From the IMG/VR virus record IMGVR_UViG_3300028902_000368: a DNA stretch of 64,000 nucleotides, one strand, 5' to 3'. A program made the translations under genes and the position numbers. The stretch comes from a virus. Below, piece after piece: positions 37,168 to 44,958 of the stretch (position 1 is the first letter of the stretch; every line of letters starts with the position of its first letter). A model generated the notes under the pieces. The model was not told the origin of the DNA. It saw nothing but the letters and a program-made list of their open reading frames with translations, and did not search any database.

Positions 37168-37253
37168 TGGTGCGCAGGAGGGGAGTCGAACCCCTACGTC
37201 ACTGAGGACACCAGCACCTCAAGCTGGCGCGGCTGCCATTACGCCACCTGCGC
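37168..37253 (-). tRNA. tRNA-Leu(GAG)
   Basis: CCAGC-TTGAGGT-GCTGG; long variable arm; CCA. Confidence 0.9.
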
Positions 37254-37272
37254 GCGTTCCTTCGCCAGCCTG

Positions 37273-37358
37273 TGCTTGGGAGAGGAGTTGAACCTCCACG
37301 GGCGCGTATGTCCCGCCACGGTCTGAACGTGGTGTGTCTGCCGTTCCACCACCCAAGC
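37273..37358 (-). tRNA. tRNA-Leu(CAG)
   Basis: CCACG-TTCAGAC-CGTGG; long variable arm. Confidence 0.9.
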
Positions 37359-37382
37359 GCGTCAACGTGTTCAGAGAGTCAG

Positions 37383-37514
37383 TGCCGATGCGGGGAGTCG
37401 AACCCCTGGTAGCTTGTGTGCTCGCGCTGTGTGGACCCGTGAAGGTCCGAGGTGCTCAAGCAGGTCTGGAACGAGCCTTATTCGTTTGGGGGTACCGTCC
37501 CCCTTATCATCGGC
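37383..37514 (-). ncRNA. tRNA-like RNA B (132 nt) with giant variable-arm insert; nominal anticodon AAG
   Basis: GCCGATG/CATCGGC; D stem GGGGG/CCCCC; AACGA-ATAAGGC-TCGTT; insert shared with RNA A; TTCGACT T-loop. Confidence 0.75.
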
Positions 37515-37522
37515 GTAATTTC

Positions 37523-37660
37523 CCCGTGTCCGAGATGCTCGTGCTGTTTTTTCTGGTTTGGTAGTGAGCCAAATTGCCAACCACTGGCGCAGCTCCATTT
37601 TGGTGGAGTTGTGAGGAGTCGAACCTCTGCTTGTGAGCACGTGCTGTGTGGACACGGGTA
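37523..37660 (-). ncRNA. Circularly permuted tRNA-like RNA C (3' half 37601-37660 precedes 5' half 37523-37596); nominal anticodon CAC
   Basis: ...TTCGACT CCTCA CAACTCC A CCA AAAT GGAGCTG...; TTTGG-CTCACTA-CCAAA; free ends pair as GGACACGGG/CCCGTGTCC. Confidence 0.7.
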
Positions 37661-37661
37661 G

Positions 37662-37786
37662 TCGGGGAGTTGGGAGTCGAACCCAAGAGCTTGTGTGCTC
37701 GCGCTGTGTGGACCCGTGAAGGTCCGAGGTGCTCGAGCAGAGTTCCAATGTTGCGGATTGGTGTCCTTCCGTGGACTTACTCCCCG
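37662..37786 (-). ncRNA. tRNA-like RNA A (125 nt) with 58-nt variable-arm insert; nominal anticodon GCA
   Basis: CGGGGAG/CTCCCCG; GTCC/GGAC; CCAAT-CCGCAAC-ATTGG; TTGGG-TTCGACT-CCCAA. Confidence 0.75.
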
Positions 37787-37802
37787 TGATGTGACTGGCG
37801 AA

Positions 37803-37815
37803 CTGTCAAAGAGCG
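37803..37815 (-). promoter_or_regulatory. boxA-like antitermination site
   Basis: CGCTCTTTGACAG versus the rrn boxA consensus TGCTCTTTAACA; lies between the promoter and RNA A. Confidence 0.55.
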
Positions 37816-37838
37816 GTGATTTGCATCACCAGGGCCAT

Positions 37839-37866
37839 ACTCTACCCATAATCGGGCACGTGTCAA
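37839..37866 (-). promoter_or_regulatory. Sigma70-like promoter of the tRNA-like cluster
   Basis: TTGACA-N16-TAGAGT. Confidence 0.6.
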
Positions 37867-38450
37867 GGCCCGATGGAAGAACGCACGAAACTCGGGGCGA
37901 TCTCGTAGTTCACGCGCTGCTCGTGGACCAGGAAGAGGCGGGCCGCCTCCGCGAGGTACGCCGACACGATGCCCACGAACGGCAGGAACGCGCCATCCTC
38001 GCACGTCGCCACGCCCGCGCCGGGCTCGTCGTCGATCTGGAAGCGCTCGTCCCAGACCACCCGCCCGTACGCGCCATCGGCCGCCAGGCCACCGTGGAGG
38101 CACGGGATGCCGCGCGCGCGCACGTAACCCTGCACGATGCGCCGGGATGCCCCGTTGTCCAGGCAGTCGATCACCAGCGCGGATCCACCCAGGAGTTGCT
38201 CCTCGTTGTCGGCCGTCAGGCGGTGCGGCACCGTCTCCACGCGGCGGTTGAACAGGAAGTGCATCTGCTGCGCGAGCGCCGACACCTTCGGCTTCCCGAT
38301 CCCCGGCATCCCGAGGAACTGGGACTGCGTGTTCTTCGACTCGACCCGGTCGAAGTCGATCACACGCAGGACCGTGTCCGTGCTTCGCAGGAACTGCGTC
38401 ACGTGCGACCCCAGCGCGCCCGCACCCACGATCGTGACCATCTTCTTCAT
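37863..38450 (-). CDS. ThiF/MoeB (E1-like) adenylyltransferase
   Basis: IVGAGALGS, VIDFDRVESKN..SQ, IGKPKV, VIDCLDN..SR and C-terminal Cys (VATCED). Confidence 0.9.
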   Translation of the reverse strand: MKKMVTIVGAGALGSHVTQFLRSTDTVLRVIDFDRVESKNTQSQFLGMPGIGKPKVSALAQQMHFLFNRRVETVPHRLTADNEEQLLGGSALVIDCLDNGASRRIVQGYVRARGIPCLHGGLAADGAYGRVVWDERFQIDDEPGAGVATCEDGAFLPFVGIVSAYLAEAARLFLVHEQRVNYEIAPSFVRSSIGP

Positions 38451-38611
38451 GATGAGGCCTCTTCCTTCGGCACGAACTCTTCGCAGTCGCACGCTTCCAT
38501 CCGCATGGAGCCGGGCGCGCAGCCAGTGACCACTTGGCAGCCCTCGACGTCGTCGTGCACCGACTCGAGGTGGCCGCACCGCCGACACACGCGCGCGCTC
38601 TCGTCAGGCAT
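38447..38611 (-). CDS. Small Cys/His-rich protein
   Basis: CRRCGH..H..GC...CDC; ATGA overlap with the E1 gene. Confidence 0.55.
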   Translation of the reverse strand: MPDESARVCRRCGHLESVHDDVEGCQVVTGCAPGSMRMEACDCEEFVPKEEASS

Positions 38612-38813
38612 CGTCCGCCTCCAACGTTTCCTTGGCCTCGAGCTCGCTGAGGCCGCGCTCCAACGCGAGCCGGAGCACCGCCGCCATCGACACCCTGATG
38701 CCGCACGCCCGCTTCGACAGCGTCGCGGCCAACGCCTTCGCACGAGCCGCCGTCTCTTCGGAGACGCTGACGGTGAGGGTGACCTGCACCGTGTCCTTCT
38801 TGGGCCTCCCCAT
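38604..38813 (-). CDS. Ribbon-helix-helix-like small regulator
   Basis: MGRPKKDTVQVTLTVSVSEE...SMAAVLRLALERGL. Confidence 0.6.
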   Translation of the reverse strand: MGRPKKDTVQVTLTVSVSEETAARAKALAATLSKRACGIRVSMAAVLRLALERGLSELEAKETLEADDA

Positions 38814-38820
38814 CGCCCCT

Positions 38821-39081
38821 CTACTTGGCCGCCAGGGTCGACAGGGTCTCGCTGAGCTTCTCGATGGCCGTGACCAGCTCGAGCTGCACCGCAAGCGCCT
38901 GTAGCTCGCGGGATCGCACCCGGTAGGCCGGACAGTGGGGGTTGGTGCAGTAGGCCTCCGTGCCCTCTTGGTACGTCGGCCAACCGCATGGCGGGTCGGG
39001 GAACGACGGGGAAAGGGCAACCGCGCAGGTGCCCTGACGGATGCGCAGTCGCTGCGACGACGTGCCGACGACGTGGTTCAT
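38821..39081 (-). CDS. Hypothetical protein
   Basis: ATGA overlap; Cys motif. Confidence 0.5.
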   Translation of the reverse strand: MNHVVGTSSQRLRIRQGTCAVALSPSFPDPPCGWPTYQEGTEAYCTNPHCPAYRVRSRELQALAVQLELVTAIEKLSETLSTLAAK

Positions 39082-39758
39082 CGCCGAACCGTTCCGGCGA
39101 GACCGAGCGCCGCCAGGTCCTCTTCGGTGAGCTTCGCCAGGGCGCGGGCGCGAGCCGCCCCCTCGTCTTCGACGAGCATCTGCACCTCCTCGCCGAGCAG
39201 GTAGAGCTTGCCGTCCCACTCGACCATCCGCTCGGTGGCCTGATGGACGTCGGCGTCGGCCCCGAACACCCCGCGGCCCTTGGCGCACTGGCTCGCGAGG
39301 GCCAGGCTCGAGGACCGGCCGATCACGACCCTATCACCACGCCCTTCGCATGTGTCCGTGTTGCTGACCACTTGGTAGTGCGTGAACTCGTAGACGGTCG
39401 CGTTGCGAGTGGACGGCTTGGCCGCCGCCTCCACCGCACCGACGAGGACGATGATGGTCTCGCCGATGCGGATCTCGTCTCCGACCTTGATCTTGGCCTT
39501 GCTGACGCACACCCCGTTCAACAGCACACGGCCGGAAACGCCGATGTCGATCAGCATGAGGTCCCCGGGGCTCGCGCCAACCTCGATGACCGCCTGCATG
39601 CGGGCTGCGGTCGGTTCGGTGAGCCTGATGTGTGCGCCCTCGTCACGCCCGATCTTGACCAGGTATTCCGTCACCAACACGGTTTCTGGGAGACCTTTGG
39701 CGTAGATCGCGGCGACCGAGGACACGGTGAAGTGCAGCGTCATCTTTCGCTTGGCCAT
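39078..39758 (-). CDS. Degenerate FHA-domain protein
   Basis: KIGRD...IRL..P..ARMQAVIE...LIDIG...LLNG...IKVGDEIRIGET. Confidence 0.65.
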   Translation of the reverse strand: MAKRKMTLHFTVSSVAAIYAKGLPETVLVTEYLVKIGRDEGAHIRLTEPTAARMQAVIEVGASPGDLMLIDIGVSGRVLLNGVCVSKAKIKVGDEIRIGETIIVLVGAVEAAAKPSTRNATVYEFTHYQVVSNTDTCEGRGDRVVIGRSSSLALASQCAKGRGVFGADADVHQATERMVEWDGKLYLLGEEVQMLVEDEGAARARALAKLTEEDLAALGLAGTVRR

Positions 39759-39765
39759 GGGTTCC

Positions 39766-40092
39766 TCAGCGCCGGTTGACGACAGCGCCAGAGACGCTGC
39801 CCGACACGTTGCCGCAGTTCACCGCGTTGCCGTGCACGCTGCCGCCCACGGCCTCGCAGTTGACGACGTTCGCGCGCACGTCGCCTTGGACGTCGCCGCA
39901 GCGGACGTCGCCGCCGTGGACCGTCAGGTTCGCCAGCGGCCCCTCCCACTGGATCGTGGTGGGGCCCCCGTCCTTGCTCGTCTGCGCGACCTCGCGGCCG
40001 TCCACGACGACACGGCCGTTGCTGACCGTGACGCTGTTGCTGTCGCCCTCGATCACGATGCGACGACCGTTGACGATGATGACGCTGCTCAT
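39766..40092 (-). CDS. Gly/Val/Asn-rich beta-solenoid-like phage protein
   Basis: Repeating V.CG.V.G.V motifs. Confidence 0.65.
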   Translation of the reverse strand: MSSVIIVNGRRIVIEGDSNSVTVSNGRVVVDGREVAQTSKDGGPTTIQWEGPLANLTVHGGDVRCGDVQGDVRANVVNCEAVGGSVHGNAVNCGNVSGSVSGAVVNRR

Positions 40093-40094
40093 GG

Positions 40095-40373
40095 TCAGGT
40101 CCCGAACGGCACCTTCGGCCGCACCATGAAGCGCGTGTAGGGGTACTGCTCGGACGGGTCGACCCGGTCGACCACGAAGTCGCGGCTGAAGTCGGCCCGC
40201 GGGTCCGCCGGGATGCCGGGGAAACCCCCCGTGCGCACCGCCTCGGTCACGATCGCCAGCACCTGCGCGTCCGTGCTGTCCAACGCCACCGCGTCGGGCA
40301 GGTCCACGTTGCGCGAGACGCCACCCGGGCTGTAGGTCAGGTTCACCAACGCCTGATTCGCTTCGATTGCCAT
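40095..40373 (-). CDS. Putative ubiquitin-like protein ending RPKVPFG-T
   Basis: About 92 aa with beta-grasp-like pattern and C-terminal Gly plus one residue; near the E1 and JAB genes. Confidence 0.55.
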   Translation of the reverse strand: MAIEANQALVNLTYSPGGVSRNVDLPDAVALDSTDAQVLAIVTEAVRTGGFPGIPADPRADFSRDFVVDRVDPSEQYPYTRFMVRPKVPFGT

Positions 40374-40431
40374 GAGGATTCTCCTGTTGTCGGATGGTCC
40401 TAGCATGGCCCGCACGGGTACGCCAGATGGG

Positions 40432-40785
40432 TCAGTCGCCCTCGTCGCGGAACAGCTCGCGTCCCTCCGAGTAGTGCATCTTGGTGTCGGCGGGGAAGAT
40501 CCGGAAGTAGTCGATCTCGTGGAAGGACACGTTCTTGGTCCCCCTCTGGGTGCGCTTGAACCAGTCGGCCAGCGCCCCCTCCAAGAGCGCGTGTGGGCTC
40601 TCGCAGTCGCACCACGTACCGTCCATGCCGTCCCACTGACGGACCACGAACCCCTGGTCGCTCTCGGGCATCACCTGGTGCAGCGTCAGGTAGCGCGCGT
40701 AGGCCTGCGCCACGATCGACTCGTCGCCGGCAGCCACGTCGGTCACAGCGTCCTCCAACGTGCGCTCTTCCGCGTCCGGAACCAC
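40432..40785 (-). CDS. Hypothetical phage protein (start uncertain)
   Basis: WDGMDG.W.D...IDYFRIFPADT.M motif. Confidence 0.6.
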   Translation of the reverse strand: MVPDAEERTLEDAVTDVAAGDESIVAQAYARYLTLHQVMPESDQGFVVRQWDGMDGTWCDCESPHALLEGALADWFKRTQRGTKNVSFHEIDYFRIFPADTKMHYSEGRELFRDEGD

Positions 40786-40968
40786 GACGACTGGTCGGGC
40801 TTGACCCGGTAGGGCACGTGCTCGGCCGCAGGGCGCTCGATCGCCTTGCGGAACCATCCGCACGGTTCCCAGGCCCCGTGGTCTTCACGAACGCCATCGG
40901 CGCTCGGACCTCGAAGCGCAGCGGGCGCTCCATGACCGTCAGGAGTCGCTTCAACCGACGCCAGTGCT

Positions 40969-41478
40969 TCATGGGAGCACCTTCAGTCCCGTGTAGACCT
41001 CGATCCCGCGGAGCCGTGTCTCGCTGATCGACATGCGCCGCTCCAGCTCCTCGATCCGGTCTTGCTCCGGGGTCTCGACCAAGAGGCCGAGGCTCGCGAA
41101 CATCGCCGCGTTGAAGTCCCGGAACGAGCACTCCTTACGCAGGAGCCTCTCCGGCCGGACCCACTTCGCCGTCAGCCCCGTCTCGGCGATGAGCTTCGGC
41201 GGAGCGGGGGTGCCGAGGGTGACCGAGTAGACGTACGCCATCCGCCCGGAGGTCGTGCCCGTCTCCCGCTGATAGACGAGTTGGAGCTGGTTCGGGTGGA
41301 TCTCCAGCCCCGTCTCCTCCTCGAGTTCGCGCGCCGCCCCGTAGACCGCGATCTCGTGCGGCTCGAGCTTCCCTCCGGGGAGGTTGAGATCCTGCTCGTT
41401 GTTGCGGCGGCTCACGGCCACGATGAAGCCCTGCCACCACACCAGCACGAGCCCCGCAGGCGGAAACTGCGTCGTCAC
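40969..41478 (-). CDS. NUDIX hydrolase
   Basis: Nudix box GGKLEPHEIAVYGAARELEEETGL. Confidence 0.9.
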   Translation of the reverse strand: MTTQFPPAGLVLVWWQGFIVAVSRRNNEQDLNLPGGKLEPHEIAVYGAARELEEETGLEIHPNQLQLVYQRETGTTSGRMAYVYSVTLGTPAPPKLIAETGLTAKWVRPERLLRKECSFRDFNAAMFASLGLLVETPEQDRIEELERRMSISETRLRGIEVYTGLKVLP

Positions 41479-42143
41479 GTGTCACCTCGACAGTCGAGCG
41501 CGTATTTCATGTACTTCACGATGCCCGCCGACTGCGTCGCGTACAAGTGCGGACGCACCGCAGGCACACGAATCGCCACCCGCAAGAGGTCGATGATGCC
41601 AACGCCACGCAAGCGGTCCAGCCCCTCGCAGAGCAGCCCGAGGCGCGCCTGCGGCCCCACCCTCGCCGGGATCGCGGTCTCGTAGCTGTCCACCAGGCGC
41701 GCGCACGCCATCGACAGCTGGTCCGGGGTCGAGAGCGCCAAGAGCAGGATCCGCCAAGGAAGGTCGTCCGGAGGCTCGGTGACCAGGTAGTCGACCACCT
41801 GCATCCCTTGGCGCTTCTGGCGGTGGTCCCCCTCCGTCAGGGCGAACATCTTGACCCGGCAGACCCGACTGTCGCTGATCGACATGATCCACCAGTCGAC
41901 CGGTCGCCCGAGCCCGTACACCGACTCCACGTTGCGGAAGGTCGTGAGGTCGGTCGACGACGGCATCGGCGGTCCATAGCCAGGGTGGGAGTGCGCCACG
42001 CCCGCGAGGTTTCCCGCCGCGTGGTGCTTGAGCAGTTCGTCCCAGAGCCGCTCCTCCGGCAGGTAGCCGACCGAACGGTCCTTGGGCGTGTGGTGGTAGA
42101 GCACCTCGCCTGACGTCCCCAGCACGATCGCAGCCTCGAGCAT
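41475..42143 (-). CDS. JAB/MPN-domain metalloprotease (deubiquitinase-like)
   Basis: N-terminal Glu and HSHP-x7-S-x2-D (AHSHPGYGPPMPSSTD). Confidence 0.85.
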   Translation of the reverse strand: MLEAAIVLGTSGEVLYHHTPKDRSVGYLPEERLWDELLKHHAAGNLAGVAHSHPGYGPPMPSSTDLTTFRNVESVYGLGRPVDWWIMSISDSRVCRVKMFALTEGDHRQKRQGMQVVDYLVTEPPDDLPWRILLLALSTPDQLSMACARLVDSYETAIPARVGPQARLGLLCEGLDRLRGVGIIDLLRVAIRVPAVRPHLYATQSAGIVKYMKYALDCRGDT

Positions 42144-42148
42144 CGTCC

Positions 42149-43147
42149 TCACCCAACCCTTCGGTACACCACCAACTTGTTCTCCCGGATGGCCTGGCGG
42201 ACCACCGTCGGGATCGATTCCAGGGTGAGCATCGTGTCGCCCTTCTCCCCCGCGTCGAACCCGTCGTCCCCGTGCGACGTCAGGCAGATGCCCGCGTCCA
42301 CGATCTGGAGGGTCCGGGCGATGCACACGCACTCGAGGCGATGCTGCTGCACCCGGTAGCGGACCACCATCTCCCCCCGACGCGCCGACGCACGGTGGTC
42401 CAGGTACTCGGCGCCCCCGACCCGCAACGCCGCCTGGGCGGCCGCCCGGAAGTCGGTCGCCGCGAGCTCTCGGCGGCTCTCGGCCGTGCCGATCGTCCGC
42501 ATCAGCTCGGCCCGCCGCTCCTCCAAGCGCCGACGCTCCTCGGCCTCCCGCTCCTGCCGCTCGATCTCGAGGCGCCGCCGCTCCGCCTCCTCCTTCTGGA
42601 AGACCTCCATCCGGAAGGCCATCTCGAGCGCCGGGACGACCCCCTTGACCGCCCGGAGCCCCGCCAGGCCTCCACCGTCCAGGAAGACCTGGTTGGCCTC
42701 TCCCTCGGGCCCCAGGGGCATCACGCGCCCCATGTAGACGAGGGGACCGTGCTCGTGGATGCGGCCCACTTGGATGTGCTCGAACCGGTCCAAGCCCGGC
42801 TCCACCAGGTGCACCCGCTCGGTCTCCGTCCCGATCCGCTCGAACTTCCACGGGTTGAAGCCCGTCCTCGACGACGGCACGAACCGATCGCCCGCCAGGT
42901 AGCCCTGCTGGACGTCGACCAGGTGGGGCTGCCACTGCTCCGGGCTCTGGAAGACGTCGTCCTCCGGCACCGACCGCAGGAACAGCGCTCGGCCGTTCGT
43001 CTTGGTCGCGAAGACGCACCAGCTGTGCTCCACGGGCAGAGGGCCCTCGATCTTCCACCCGACCACCCCACGGCGCAGCTGGCGGCCCCCCAGCCAGGGG
43101 AACCACTGCTCCGTCGGGGCCTGCTCGAGGAACCGCGCGTAGCTCAT
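42149..43147 (-). CDS. Hypothetical protein upstream of JAB; candidate E2-like component
   Basis: Coiled coil, then a C-terminal domain RLECVC...LQIVDAGICL...TLESIP; only a 5-nt gap to JAB. E2 role is inference. Confidence 0.45.
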   Translation of the reverse strand: MSYARFLEQAPTEQWFPWLGGRQLRRGVVGWKIEGPLPVEHSWCVFATKTNGRALFLRSVPEDDVFQSPEQWQPHLVDVQQGYLAGDRFVPSSRTGFNPWKFERIGTETERVHLVEPGLDRFEHIQVGRIHEHGPLVYMGRVMPLGPEGEANQVFLDGGGLAGLRAVKGVVPALEMAFRMEVFQKEEAERRRLEIERQEREAEERRRLEERRAELMRTIGTAESRRELAATDFRAAAQAALRVGGAEYLDHRASARRGEMVVRYRVQQHRLECVCIARTLQIVDAGICLTSHGDDGFDAGEKGDTMLTLESIPTVVRQAIRENKLVVYRRVG

Positions 43148-43653
43148 GGGTCCTGCTCGAGGCTCTGCTGGAGGAGCGGCGCCAGCCGAGGCATCAGCCG
43201 CTCCACCATGGACACGCAGCTCCGGTTGCGGCGCATCGTGAAGCACTCCGAGACGCCTTCCAAGCGACGGGCCAGCGCGCTCGTCGCCCACCACACCGCG
43301 AAGCCATCGCGGCTGTTCTCCACGTCCGACATCTCGTTCTTGAGGGCGCGCAGGGTGGCGCCGCTGAACCCCTGCTCCTTCGCCATCTCCAAGATGGCCT
43401 TCGCGCTCTCCTCTCCGTCGTACTCGTCGGAGGACAGCTTCTTCACGAAGTAGTCCGGATCCTTGACCGCGCCCTGCAAGAACTTCCGGATGTCGCAGCC
43501 CGGGGATGTCCACCGGAAGGCGTAGTTTCCCCAGTCGGTGACGCAGCTGAAGTAGCCGTCGCTGCCGATGACGAAGGTCCCCCACTCGAACCGTTCCACC
43601 CCCTCACCACGGCCGGACGGCAGGTGGAAGCGCCACAGACGCACCTCGCTCAT
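43144..43653 (-). CDS. Hypothetical phage protein
   Basis: TDWGNYAFRW...DYFVKKL motif; ATGA overlap. Confidence 0.65.
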   Translation of the reverse strand: MSEVRLWRFHLPSGRGEGVERFEWGTFVIGSDGYFSCVTDWGNYAFRWTSPGCDIRKFLQGAVKDPDYFVKKLSSDEYDGEESAKAILEMAKEQGFSGATLRALKNEMSDVENSRDGFAVWWATSALARRLEGVSECFTMRRNRSCVSMVERLMPRLAPLLQQSLEQDP

Positions 43654-44186
43654 TTCGCGGGCTCCGGGTTGGCCGAGGTCTCCGGGCCGTACGACCAGAG
43701 GACGTCGTTGGCCTCCGACAGGCGGGCCGACATGACGTTCATCCCCATGGCTTGCTTGGCGATGATGTGGCCTACGAGATTGTGCGTGCGGGCTGTCCAG
43801 CACCGCCGATCAAACCGGCGCGGCGCTGCGCGGACGACGCTGGTCATCGCCATCGCCATCGCCACCTCGACGCTCTGGGCGTGCTGCACCAAGGGGTGGT
43901 GCTGGGCGCTCAGGTACTCGGGGCCCACCCAGATCACGCTCGCACCCGACTTCAGCGCGGCGCCCATCTCGACGAGGGAACCCTTCTGCACCTCGCCCTC
44001 GTTGTGCACCAGCACCAGCACCTGGGCCGAAGACGCCTCTTGGATGCAGCGCGTCCAGAGCGCGGGCAGGTTCGACTCGCCCGGCCCGCACTCGTCGATC
44101 CATGTGCTGATGATGGGGATCCCGGCCTCACGCCAGCGCTTCCACTCGGGACCCATCTTCGACTTGCTCGCCACGTAGATCGACAT
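43650..44186 (-). CDS. Nucleoside 2-deoxyribosyltransferase-like protein
   Basis: IYVAS...STWID...KGSLVEMGAAL..G..VIWVG. Confidence 0.6.
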   Translation of the reverse strand: MSIYVASKSKMGPEWKRWREAGIPIISTWIDECGPGESNLPALWTRCIQEASSAQVLVLVHNEGEVQKGSLVEMGAALKSGASVIWVGPEYLSAQHHPLVQHAQSVEVAMAMAMTSVVRAAPRRFDRRCWTARTHNLVGHIIAKQAMGMNVMSARLSEANDVLWSYGPETSANPEPAK

Positions 44187-44198
44187 GAACGCCTCTCC

Positions 44199-44789
44199 TC
44201 AGGTCAGGTGCTTGGCGCAACTGCGCAGGGTATCGATGTCACGAAGCAACTTCTCCACCGCCGAGACCGTCCGGCGCAGTTCGTGCAACTGTGGCGTGAT
44301 CGTCGTTTCGACGTTCTTGAGCTGCATCAGTGCGCCGAAGGACGCCGTGTACTTCATGTCCCGGACCGCGGCGCGCATCCGCTCCGTCGGGTCGAAGACG
44401 GTGGCGGCGCGGGCCACCAACATCTGCGCCGCGATCCGCTCCTCGAGCTCCGGGATCAGCGGCTCGATGTACTGCGCACTGAACGACGTGCCGTGCCGAC
44501 CGCGGCGCTGCGATACGCTCCACGAGAAGACCGTGGACGTCTGACGATCCCCCTTCTCTTCACCCAACTCGCCGACGGTGACGCGCAGGTAGTGCAGGGA
44601 CGCCGTCCGCTTGACGGACTTCACCACCCGCAACTCCATCCAGTCGTTTGGGTAGGCCCGATGCCAGACCACAAAGTCTCCCACCGCCAAGTCCGGCGGC
44701 TTCGGCGGCGGCGCCTTCTTCGCCTTCTTCTTCTGGGTGGCCTTCTGGAGGAGCTTCGGGGCCGTGACTCCACGCTTGATTGCGCTCAT
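44199..44789 (-). CDS. Hypothetical protein
   Basis: Basic N-terminus; GC3-rich. Confidence 0.65.
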   Translation of the reverse strand: MSAIKRGVTAPKLLQKATQKKKAKKAPPPKPPDLAVGDFVVWHRAYPNDWMELRVVKSVKRTASLHYLRVTVGELGEEKGDRQTSTVFSWSVSQRRGRHGTSFSAQYIEPLIPELEERIAAQMLVARAATVFDPTERMRAAVRDMKYTASFGALMQLKNVETTITPQLHELRRTVSAVEKLLRDIDTLRSCAKHLT

Positions 44790-44956
44790 AGCGGCCCCGC
44801 CTTGAGCCGCAGCACGTCCGTTTGCAGCAGGCGCACGTCATCGCGCAGCAGGCCAAGGTCGACGCGCGCGTGCTCCAACTGCTTCTTCAGCGCGTCGATC
44901 TCCTGCTCCATCGACCTCGGTGATCGTCCTGCTGCTTTCTTACGTGCGGCGGCCAT
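44786..44956 (-). CDS. Small coiled-coil protein
   Basis: ATGA overlap. Confidence 0.5.
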   Translation of the reverse strand: MAAARKKAAGRSPRSMEQEIDALKKQLEHARVDLGLLRDDVRLLQTDVLRLKAGPL

Positions 44957-44958
44957 CG

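Noticed and set aside
37523-37660. Interpreting permuted RNA C as a two-piece tmRNA
   Set aside because: The ends resemble tmRNA, but it has A3-U70 rather than G3:U70, a real D stem and anticodon arm, and no tag reading frame or pseudoknots.
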